A stretch of DNA of 63,524 nt, counting the filler, from Stramenopiles sp. TOSAG23-3 (taxonomy: Eukaryota): assembly GCA_900128585.1 (NCBI GenBank). It is 6 parts of 6 records of this genome, joined end to end, with 100 filler letters (N's around TTAATTAATTAA, not from the genome) between each part and the next. Parts side by side here need not be neighbours in the genome. Positions count along the whole stretch, not along the records: positions 1 to 27,416 come from LT642262.1; 5 more parts are not named here. One strand, written 5' to 3'. Positions within the stretch are counted from its first letter, which is position 1, and each line of letters starts with the position of its first letter. Both the position numbers and the translations under genes were made by a program. This document shows positions 10,017 to 19,746 of this stretch, one piece after another. The notes under the pieces were generated by a model, which saw only the letters and a program-made list of their open reading frames with translations, did not search any database and was not told the origin of the DNA.

Positions 10017-11033
10017 TTACAATCCGAGGTCAATTCGTTCCAACGAGCCACTGTGGTTTTTGTCACGCTCAAAAAAAGCTTTCATAATGGCCGCAATGTC
10101 GTTCTCATAGACTGGGTACCTCCCTTTTACGAGGTGGTACACAAGCCAATCGTATTTGCTGATCTCCCCATCGTTGTCCAAGTCGTACTCCGAAAAGGCA
10201 TCCTTGCTAATTTTAGAAGACAACAACTTCTTACGGAAGGATTCCATCTGTTGGGACAAGCGATGGTCGATCAAAGCGCTGATGGTATTTCCAAAAGCCA
10301 ACGTTGTAACCGCAAGCCAAATGATCGCGAAAATCTTGGTAACCGCACTCTCTGGACTGACATCGCCGTAACCGACGGTCGTTGCAGACACAACGACGAA
10401 GTATGCACTTTCAATAAAGTCCCTGTCGTCGTAAATGTCGAACACTATGGTGCCCACCGCGAGGAGAAGAAAGAGCCGCGCGCAAGCAATCCAAACTTTC
10501 GAATCCGACCTGTTCGTAAAGCAATCGCATCGCCAAAATCCTTCTTTCCGCCCACCAGTGTTTGCTCTACTCGAGCTGGCTCTAGACGGCGTCACGATAA
10601 CGTCTGCCACCACACGCTCTTGCTTCTCGAGGATCTTCCCTATAAAGTAAGACAACGAGTACCCTATAAACCCCACCCCAAACATAAGATAAAAAATCGT
10701 GAAAGCTTTCCCGGCGTCTTCGCGTGGGTGATAGTCACCGTAACCCACAGTCGTCAAAGTGACGAGACAAAAATACAACGTGTCGACAAAGTCAGCCTTT
10801 GTCCCAAGATTATTCTTTAAAGGAAATATCCACAAATACGCAAAGCTGCCGACGGTTAAGTAAATTACCACGTAGAGTATCGACAGATAGAAAAAGTTGT
10901 CTCGGCTCTTCAAAGGAGCCAGGGGAAGGCGGCCCTCCTTCGCCTCCTCATCGCTACCACTGCTCGTTTCAACACTTCTCAGAAGTGGAGTATCCACGTT
11001 CATCTTTCTTTCAATCCCAAGCCCTTCCTTCAT
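10017..11033 (-). CDS. Two-pore-domain K+ channel with EF-hands (TPK/KCO-like)
   Basis: Two TTVGYGD selectivity filters, four hydrophobic segments, C-terminal DLDNDGEISKYD and DKNHSGSLERID EF-hand-like loops. Confidence 0.93.
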   Translation of the reverse strand: MKEGLGIERKMNVDTPLLRSVETSSGSDEEAKEGRLPLAPLKSRDNFFYLSILYVVIYLTVGSFAYLWIFPLKNNLGTKADFVDTLYFCLVTLTTVGYGDYHPREDAGKAFTIFYLMFGVGFIGYSLSYFIGKILEKQERVVADVIVTPSRASSSRANTGGRKEGFWRCDCFTNRSDSKVWIACARLFLLLAVGTIVFDIYDDRDFIESAYFVVVSATTVGYGDVSPESAVTKIFAIIWLAVTTLAFGNTISALIDHRLSQQMESFRKKLLSSKISKDAFSEYDLDNDGEISKYDWLVYHLVKGRYPVYENDIAAIMKAFFERDKNHSGSLERIDLGL

Positions 11034-11591
11034 TAAACATCCTGGCGAGCATTCAGCCTTTATTACTCTACGTTGTTCTTACATTTTATGTTTTAAGACT
11101 TTATAGTAAAAGCAAATGACAACAAATGGTTTATCAATTTTATAATAAATTAAATGCATCATTTTTTTTTTTTTTTGTAACGTAATAACGGGAGAGAAGA
11201 GAGAAGAAGAAGATGATGGATGAGGAGGTACAGGTATTAATACTACTGCTGGAGGAAGGGAGGGAGGATCGATCATCGGAATCAACAAAAAGGAAAGAGA
11301 AAAAAAAAGAAAAGAAGAGAAGAAGGGGAGGGAGCAAAACAATTAATAGTAACACAGCATTGTAAATAAGATAAATGGAATGTCTATCATAGGTAATAAT
11401 GTGTTTTAAGTACATAATACCAATACAAGGGACAAGAAGTAAATGGAAAAATGTTCAAAAGCGTTTGGAGTTTGGAAGGAATAATAAGCAAGGATGGGGG
11501 AATGTTTAATTAAAAAAATACACACAAGAGTTGTACAACTTGTCGTTGGATTAAAATATATTGACCTACAAATCTTCTCTATATACACGGT

Positions 11592-11936
11592 TTATTGTTT
11601 GAGCGTTAACGTTTCCGTACAAACTGACCGTTTTAACTCCGCGAAGGGGCCTTGCTTCCACGAAGCTTGTTGTTTACTTCTAGCAAGTTCGCTGGAGGCG
11701 GAGCGGCTCCTGCAGGTTTCGGCATGGCAGACTGGCCGGCTGGGGGGGGCAGAAACTGCGCCTGCGCCCGAGTAAAATGATTGCGGTTGAACCGAAAAGC
11801 CGCTCGTGTATGGCGAGGATGGGGCTACACCGCCTCCTGCTGCCGGGGGCAACCAGTACGCCTGCCCTTGTCCCATGGCACTCAGGGGAAGAAGCCCTAG
11901 GCACAAACCAATTACAATTCCTTTAACACCAACCAT
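11592..11936 (-). CDS. Small predicted secreted protein, unknown function
   Basis: GC-rich ORF island in AT-rich DNA; signal-peptide-like MVGVKGIVIGLCLGLLPLSAMG; ACCATGG start context as in RPS9 and RPL27. Confidence 0.6.
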   Translation of the reverse strand: MVGVKGIVIGLCLGLLPLSAMGQGQAYWLPPAAGGGVAPSSPYTSGFSVQPQSFYSGAGAVSAPPSRPVCHAETCRSRSASSELARSKQQASWKQGPFAELKRSVCTETLTLKQ

Positions 11937-12804
11937 AGTTTAATAGTTCAAGCTATTTCTTTAAAATTGATAAAACTTCACGCTGAATTATTGCACGGAA
12001 GTACAACAAATCTACCAACTCAACTACTTTTTCTCTTCTTCCTTTAATAGTTTTGTATCATAATCAGAGACAGCAATCCTTCTGGTTGAAACGACTTAAA
12101 ATTAACACAATAATAAACTTCATACTACATAATAATATCATCATTATTTAAAACTACTTTCTATTTTTTCTTCCCAACAACACTTTTTTTATTAATAATT
12201 CGATGTTGTTGTTATTATACGTTCTTCAGATATAATAAATATATTGAGATTGGTCGATATAGATGATGCTGCTATGTTATATTTTTTTCCTTTTGTCCCT
12301 TTTGACTACTGCTTTGTATTATACTTGGTTGTATAGTCGTCATCCTCCCCCCCCCCTTTTTTTTTCTCTTCTTTTTTAAAGGAAAAAGGAAGAACAAGGT
12401 TTTTCTTATTTTTTAACTGTGAATATATTTTTTCTTCGTATTTATATTAATAAAATAATAGATAAATGTTTGTACTTACACAGTATAAAATAAATATATT
12501 AATATTTACTATAATAATTATGTATTCATTTATTAAATTACCTATCATTATTATTGTTTTAATTCTTCTTCTTTCTCCACTTATATAAAATAAATAAGAA
12601 TGTGATGATGATGGTGAAGAAGAACTCCGGTATAAAATATCTTGAAGTAGTTGATATTTATTGTTACGACAAAGTATTTTGTGATATGAAAATGATCCGC
12701 AAAGTAGATGTGTAAGTTGAATAGTCGTTTACATAATCTCATACAAATAATAATTGCGCACAACCCACGGTCACTGTTTCTTCGCACTTATTTACACAAG
12801 AAGA

Positions 12805-13011
12805 ATGGGAAACGAACAGACGAAGGCTGCCGAACCGGTGGAAAAGCCAAAGCCAGTATTGGGAAAAAGTGGGAAAAAGATCTGTTGTAGTTGCCCAGAT
12901 ACGAAAAAACCCAGGGACCAATGCATTGTTACAAAAGGGGAGGATAATTGCCGGGATTTGATCGAAGCGCACAAGCGCTGTCTTCGTGCCGAAGGGTTTA
13001 ATGTAAAGTAA
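12805..13011 (+). CDS. COX17: Cytochrome c oxidase copper chaperone Cox17
   Basis: [16 protein letters not shown]...[17 protein letters not shown]: CCxC copper motif plus twin Cx9C; 68 aa from ATG 12805. Confidence 0.96.
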   Translation: MGNEQTKAAEPVEKPKPVLGKSGKKICCSCPDTKKPRDQCIVTKGEDNCRDLIEAHKRCLRAEGFNVK

Positions 13012-13958
13012 TGGTAGTCGAGAAGACATTTTTGGACAGAGTCGGCGTTGGTGTTTTTCGACGGACTTTGTTGTTTGTACCAGGTCGCAAGAAAACCCCG
13101 TTTTTCGGTACAGCACTGTTTTGCCGTGCCAGTGAAGGGAATGCCAGGATTGTCTGGCCTATTTGGGCCGACCAAAGGGAGTGCCCATGGGGGCTGAAAA
13201 CTACAAAATACTTCGGGCCAGCCCGTTCGTTTCGTTCGACTCCCCGGTTGGGCGGAATGCGGTTGGACTTGAAATCTTGAGAGATGTAGAAAACAAACCC
13301 CACAGCTCGATTAGAGTTTTCAAGCCATGAAGCGCTCGTAATAATTATTTCCCGGTACCTTTACTGACACACACAAAAAAAAGTATAAAACGTATTACTC
13401 AATGTGTACCCAATGTAAGATTTTTCTTGTAACATTCATCTTCTCACGCGCTGCCAGAAAAACTAAAAACGGACACATACACTCGCTCTCTCTTGCTCTC
13501 TTGACTTTCCAATCATAGAACTCTTTCTGGTCTTTGTGCTGCTTGATACAGATGGTGGTACCGTACCGGTATCGTAACAACTTCTAATTTTCTAACCATT
13601 TCTCCTGTGATGTGGTGGGTAATGAATGCATTTTGCTACTTGGTGTTGTACAATTGGTTAGCCAAAGTACCAAACCCCTGTCCATGTTAAAAATATAATC
13701 ACTCATGATTTAATGCTGTACGCCTATAAATATACTCTACCTTGTCTCTATGTTCTCACTGTGTTGATGTTGTTAATTTACTGGTGGTGCGGGGATACCG
13801 CAGCTAGACGCCAGCGGCTCCGGAGGAAACACGGAAGTGGACGCAATCGTTGGTATTTTAGGAACTCTTTCACTAGACGAGTTTACAAAAGTAGTTGGGT
13901 TTATTTTAATAAAAATGCTTTACGGTTAAACTATGGAGCCACTATATATCCCCATCGT

Positions 13959-14525
13959 TTACTCGTCGTCACCTCCGCCGTTCTTTGCCTTCTTTCTCTT
14001 CTTGCGTCCTGGTTTGCCTTCAGCGCCAAATGGGCTGTTCATGGCGAAGTCAATGTGCTTTTCTGAGTCAACACGGACCATGAAGGATGCAGCATTGGCC
14101 ATTTGTTTTCCGACGCGGATGTGGCGTTGCTTGATCAAGACACGTGCGTGGTGGATGGATTTTGCCAAACCTTGCTGGAAAACTTTGGTTTGTAGTCGGC
14201 GGTCCAGAATCTTGCGAGTGGACAACTGAAGAACATAGTCAAGCTTGAGCATGTCTTCACTGAGAAGTCCGTAGCGTTGCATGCGGCGCAAAAGTGCTTG
14301 CCCTTCGAACAAACGTTTTGGGTCTTTATCTGGAAGCGTAAGTAGCTGACGGGCGGCTTTACGTACTTTGGCTAGAACCAACTGAACTCGCCAGATCTCA
14401 CGTTTACATTTCAAACCATACTCCCCAAGCAATTTCATCTCTTGGTCAAGACGTTCCTGTTCGTATGGACGACGAGGAGCCTTGGAGACTTTGCTATTGT
14501 TTCTCTTGTACTTAATTTTAACCAT
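13959..14525 (-). CDS. RPS9: 40S ribosomal protein S9 (uS4)
   Basis: [62 protein letters not shown]. Confidence 0.98.
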   Translation of the reverse strand: MVKIKYKRNNSKVSKAPRRPYEQERLDQEMKLLGEYGLKCKREIWRVQLVLAKVRKAARQLLTLPDKDPKRLFEGQALLRRMQRYGLLSEDMLKLDYVLQLSTRKILDRRLQTKVFQQGLAKSIHHARVLIKQRHIRVGKQMANAASFMVRVDSEKHIDFAMNSPFGAEGKPGRKKRKKAKNGGGDDE

Positions 14526-16159
14526 GGTTGAACAAAATGAAAGTTGTTTTTATAACTAGGTATGATGTACGTTAACCGATGTTTGCACTTCCCACTACTC
14601 TTTCACGCTTTTCTGCTTTCATACAGCGAACGTACCCTTTCCATTCGTTTGCCGATTGAACCAAAGCGCACGACGAAAGTAGAGTATTTTTTTTTTATGT
14701 CAATGGTAATACCTTGTATATTTAAAGAGTCCCATCATTGCATTGTTTTTTTAATTTATTATTTCTATACTTATTGTACAATTTACAATACTATACTATA
14801 CCTATCTATACATACATCCAACCTGTGCCTATGTATAAAAGAATGTTGTATTAGTAAAGAATGTTTCTTCTCTACTAATTCCATGTAATTTTAATTTTAA
14901 TTTTAGATCGAATTTGATCCATTCTTCCTTTTTCTTTCTTTCTTTCTCTCCCTCTTGCTTAAAGCACATCGTTACAATACTAATATATGATAGGAAGAGA
15001 GATATGGCAACGAATTTCATTTCTTAAATAATTAAGGTACATATAATATGAACAATATTAAATATTATTCAACACATTATATTATATTATAATTATAATG
15101 AAGTAATGTATAAAAAAAAGATATTAAATATTTATATTTTATTTATTTATGTAATTCCTTCCTTATTTTAAATAGGTTGGAATCGATTTGGAAATATGGA
15201 ATATAAAAATAAACAGGTACATAACATACAAATCATTCTTGTCCATTCACTGTTTGTTTTCATAATTACATGAAATAGTATATAATATATACACAGTATG
15301 GAATTCAAAGAACTCTCTCCAAGATTGCATCCTTCCTTTGTATATTAAGGTTAGTAAGGGCATACATAGGGCTAAGTACAATTAATAAATAATAGGTTAA
15401 ATATAAATAAATAATTATTAGTTTTTGTATTATTAGTTTTATAGTTCTAACGTTAATTAAGTATAAAATAAACAGAAAGAAAATGGAAGAAATGGATTAA
15501 ATTTAGAATGGGAGAAATGTATTTATTAATGGGATAGTACGTACACCCTTAATTATTGAAGAGATGAAATATTCCAGTTTAGATGATAGAAATTCATCTG
15601 ATACATTCAAATAGCAGGGAAAAATGAATGGTTGGAGACTCATTTTTTAATAAATAGTAATAAGATGAACACAGTACAGAAAATATAAAATAATAGGAAG
15701 AAAGATAAATAACATCGAATTGTTCATATATAGCTATAGCTATACTATAGCTTTATCATCATCCTGTTAGCTCATCTCATCTTACATCTTACAACTACGA
15801 AACAGTGAGATGAGTGTTTTAATTACAACAGAATAGCATACAACTTACATAAAGAGAGCATAGAATATATATTTAAATAGTACCACATATTGTATACTAA
15901 GTGAAGTATAAGTATAACAAAAGACCTGTAAGATTTGTTTAGAAGGGAGAGAGTGAGTGGTTTAAAGGGTGGGTGGTAGATTTTTCAATGGTGTGTGATG
16001 TTATTTGTTCATAATAAAAAAATTATTCTCTTTTTTTTTTTTTTAGAAGACTAATCCATACTATTTAGGTGTATTTTTATATATTCTTCTTCCTGATTTC
16101 TTCTTTCTTTCTTTCTCGTTTCCTTTGTTCTGTTTGAACGAACGCGCATGCGTTTGCGT

Positions 16160-16173
16160 TCGGTTGCAACCGA
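16160..16173. promoter_or_regulatory. 14-bp perfect palindrome upstream of RPL27 (candidate TF site)
   Basis: TCGGTTGCAACCGA, with a second palindrome CGCATGCG at 16145-16152, about 135-160 nt before the ATG at the edge of AT-rich DNA. Confidence 0.35.
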
Positions 16174-16305
16174 TGTCGATGAGAATGTAGAAATCGGCAG
16201 AAGAAACACGACACGCTCCTACGCACAAACGAATTAAGTAACCTAAAGTTGATCATATCAATTGTTTTTTGTATTCACGTTCATATTTTTAAATAGTTAA
16301 ACACC

Positions 16306-16731
16306 ATGGGAAAAATCTTAAAAAAAGGAAAGGTCGTTATCTTGCTTTCTGGGCGCCACGCAGGAAAGAAGGCCATCATTGTCAAGACCTTTGAAGAAGG
16401 TACCAAGAAGCAAAAGTTCCCTTGCGCTCTTGTTGCCGGCATGAGAGAAGGTCCACGCAGAGTAACCCGATCCATGGGAAAGAAGAAGACTGAAAAGAAT
16501 GTCTCCAAGATCAAGCCGTTCATTAAATATGTTAACTTCACGCACGTAATGCCAACACGCTACCAAGTCGACCTTGACCTTCAGTCAATCATCAACCCAT
16601 CGGAAATTGATAAAGAAACGATGAAGAGTTTGAAAGAGACGTTCAAGAACAGATACTTGAACCAGAACGAGGCCAAGAGTGACAAAGCGTACAACGGTGC
16701 CAAATTCTTCTTCCAAAGGTTGCGATTCTAA
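16306..16731 (+). CDS. RPL27: 60S ribosomal protein L27 (eL27)
   Basis: MGKILKKGKVVILLSGRHAGKKAIIVK KOW motif, SKIKPFIKYVNFTHVMPTRY, C-terminal FFFQRLRF. Confidence 0.98.
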   Translation: MGKILKKGKVVILLSGRHAGKKAIIVKTFEEGTKKQKFPCALVAGMREGPRRVTRSMGKKKTEKNVSKIKPFIKYVNFTHVMPTRYQVDLDLQSIINPSEIDKETMKSLKETFKNRYLNQNEAKSDKAYNGAKFFFQRLRF

Positions 16732-17522
16732 TTTTGTATTAGCATAACTTAGTAGCAGTAGATTTCATCATATTCTTCTACGTTGTATTATATATACCTA
16801 CAATACCACCACCATACCCCATATACTACTACAACTTTATAATGGTACTGTGCACCTGTTGCACATTTTTATGGAAGATAGCCGTCAGACGTTCAGGCGA
16901 TGCGGATCAACTTTTTCTGATTGGGGTCACAAATGGAAGTGGGGGGTGGGGGAGATTGCATTTAAAAGGCTACGAACAAAAGGGTTTAACAGAAAAGAAA
17001 AAATACTTCATGTGTTACTTCGTACTTGAATTTCAATATTCAACCTGTGCCTGCGATCCCTACACCAGCTCGCTCCATGCTTCGCCGGCAGGTCCACAAG
17101 TTTTAAATGATGCAAAAAACTCTCCTCTACCCGGGTCCTAAATTGTGATAAAAGCGCTTAAGTTCTTAAGTTTTACTTTTTGTCGCTCGAAAAAATCTCG
17201 ATACTAAAAACGTTCATTCGCCCCGATTTTCATAACTGTTAATTCTTAACCTTTTCTGTTCAATAAAACTTACCGGTCGTTTTCCCTCGCCAGCCGTTCA
17301 CAGCCTAGGCGCTGAGGGGGGTGGGGAGAGCTCTGCTCGATAAAATTGGTGTAGTTCAAAAAATACAAAGCGTTTTACTACTTACACGTTTCACAGGAAT
17401 AAAAAAAGAGTCTGGGGTCTCTCAATGTTTGGTTTTTCTGCGCAAAGTTTAAAGTTAGAAAGGGCGTTACTTCGTGATTGTCAAAACATAAGGGTAGAGA
17501 AAGCCTGCGTTCGTCCGGCACA

Positions 17523-18614
17523 TCACTTATCGTTCGGTTCTTGGGCGGGTGACGCCTCCTTGTTACGGCGTTTTCTCCATTTTATCGCTCGTAATTCTTC
17601 CATCGATAAGCCGTTGGGCGATTGAAAAACAATGGTAACGTTAGAAGATTTTTTACTGTTTGAAATGCTAACTGCTGGCGGGGGCGTCGCGTTCTCTGGC
17701 ACAACTGTTTTCTTTCCCACAGCTATACTGGGTGCTGCAGTAGGCAGAGGGCCTGGGACAACTTGGCCCATCCCCCCGGCCGGAGGCTTCGACACGGGCA
17801 CTGCCGTAGCCGGTGGCGGCGCAGAGAACAGGCCAGGGGGTGGTTTGAAAGCAGGTAGGTTTGGGCCAGCACCGTCCGCCACACTATCACTATTGTTGAT
17901 TGCCGCTACGTGTGGTGCTCCGGCAATGGCGATCGCTGGCGGCGGTGCGGCAGCCGCAATGCCGGGGGGTGGAAATGCGTTCTTTGGCGGCGGGTATATG
18001 CTATTCATGGATGGGGGCGGGCCAAGGGCTGGGGGCATCCTCCCAGGGGGAGGTGCGCCGTACGACATGGGAGGCGGTGCATAACCGTAGCCCATCGGTC
18101 GAGCATGAGCGCCGTTGTAAGCAGCCATTGGCGGCGGCCTCACCGTGTTGTACATTCCATAAGGGTTCATGGCACCGTAAGGGTTGTACCCACCCGGGAC
18201 TTGCCCGTACGCCGCATACTGAGAGGCCCGGTTGTACTGAAGCTGCGCTGGGCCAGGCGCATTCCCCACTCCACCCGCAACACTATCTGTTGGGCTTTTG
18301 ATCCCAAGCTTTTTCCGCCGCTCTTCCAACGCACTTACGGGTATGCCATTCATTCCAATAAGATTTCTACCTACATTCACATCGTTCCGGCCATCCAGTG
18401 CGTTCGGCACGTACACCAAAGACGTCTTATGGACCTGAAGTGAGTGAGTACAAAGCCCGTATACGTTTGCCGCTCGCCTATTGCAACGCAAGCACTTGAA
18501 GTGTCGTTGGTTCTGGTGGTCTACGAGATCCATTTCTGTTGAAAATTCACGGTCACAAAAATAACACCAAATATCTGGCTTCTCCTCTACTACTTTTCGT
18601 TTCTTTCGCCCCAT
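17523..18614 (-). CDS. ZNF207: ZNF207/BuGZ/SUF4-like zinc-finger protein
   Basis: MGRKKRK...WCYFCDREF...HQNQRHFKCLRC...HSLQVHK...VPNALDGR; Pro-rich middle; C-terminal SMEELRA GLEBS-like motif. Confidence 0.92.
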   Translation of the reverse strand: MGRKKRKVVEEKPDIWCYFCDREFSTEMDLVDHQNQRHFKCLRCNRRAANVYGLCTHSLQVHKTSLVYVPNALDGRNDVNVGRNLIGMNGIPVSALEERRKKLGIKSPTDSVAGGVGNAPGPAQLQYNRASQYAAYGQVPGGYNPYGAMNPYGMYNTVRPPPMAAYNGAHARPMGYGYAPPPMSYGAPPPGRMPPALGPPPSMNSIYPPPKNAFPPPGIAAAAPPPAIAIAGAPHVAAINNSDSVADGAGPNLPAFKPPPGLFSAPPPATAVPVSKPPAGGMGQVVPGPLPTAAPSIAVGKKTVVPENATPPPAVSISNSKKSSNVTIVFQSPNGLSMEELRAIKWRKRRNKEASPAQEPNDK

Positions 18615-19194
18615 GATACAATACACAAAAACCAAAACCAAAACAACTTCTACCTATGCTAAAAAAATATGTTTCGGAGAGCAACACTACCCGCACGTGC
18701 TCGTTCTGGTCGTCTGTCTTCCGTTACACGAATCGCAAACTTCACAAGTAAATTCTCGACGTTCAAAATCCTTGCTTTTTCTATCTTACTGTGTTAACAG
18801 AGGATCTGTTGATCTTTTCCAAAATTTTATATTCAATACAGATTACTTTTGATCTTGGAAGGTTATCGATCTCTCCCTCCTTTTCTTTCTTTCTTTCTTT
18901 CTTTGATTGTTGTTGATTGTGAAAATTAAATGTGCTGCATATAAATTATTATTAATATACCAATAATAATAATAATAATAAAAAAAAAAAAATAAATATA
19001 ATAAAAAAATAATAATAATTAATAGAAGAAGAAGAGAAAGAAGAAGAAGAACCAAGGAAAGAAGAGAAGAGAAAAGTAGTAGCCACAAATATAATAAATA
19101 AGAAAAGGCGCCATTATGTGTCTCAGTCTTATTATAATAATGAGCTCTAATAATTGGTACTACTATTACTATATTAATATTATTGGGAAAATTT

Positions 19195-19380
19195 TCTTTT
19201 TTTCTCTTCTTCTGCTTTCTTCTTTTTCTTCTCTTCTTCTTCTTCTTCTTCTTCTTCTTCTTCTTTCTTCTTTCTTCTTCTTCTTCTTCTTTTGTCTTCT
19301 TCTTCTTCTTCTTTCTTCTTCTTCTTCTTTTGTCTTCTTCTTCTTTCTTCTTCTTCTTCTTCTTCTTCTTCTTCTTCTTC
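19195..19380. repeat. Imperfect (TTC)n microsatellite in a divergent intergenic region
   Basis: TTC runs interrupted twice by TTTTGTC; lies between ZNF207 and REP. Confidence 0.95.
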
Positions 19381-19746
19381 GCGAATTCATTCATGTTGTT
19401 GTGGTGGTGGTGCTGCGCTGCTCCAAAAAACAAAAAAAACAACAACAAAATTTTTTATTTTAATAATAATAATAATAATGAATTACAAATGAAGAATATG
19501 AAGTAGAATTTGATTTCGAAATATGATGAAAAGAAGTAGGAAGGAAAGAATTGCTACGAATTGACGTAAAGATATTGAACACAGAAATTGTTTCTCGTGC
19601 TGTTGTTTTTTATTTTTTAAACTGTGGTTTGTATTTAGTATAGTATTCACCCTACCCATTCACACGTTTCACACCCACGCACACGCGGGCACCCCTGTTT
19701 GTTGACTCGAGAGCGTCTTGCAGCGGCAAACGTTATTTTCCCGGCA

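Noticed and set aside
13075-13105. CCAGGTCGCAAG resembling SRP RNA helix 8
   Set aside because: The complementary 3' strand (GAGCAG-type) is missing; no SRP fold supported.
18843-19506. Low-complexity ORFs on both strands (also 24400-24688, 175-480, 1823-2293)
   Set aside because: They arise from microsatellite or AT-rich spacer DNA and show no protein-like composition.
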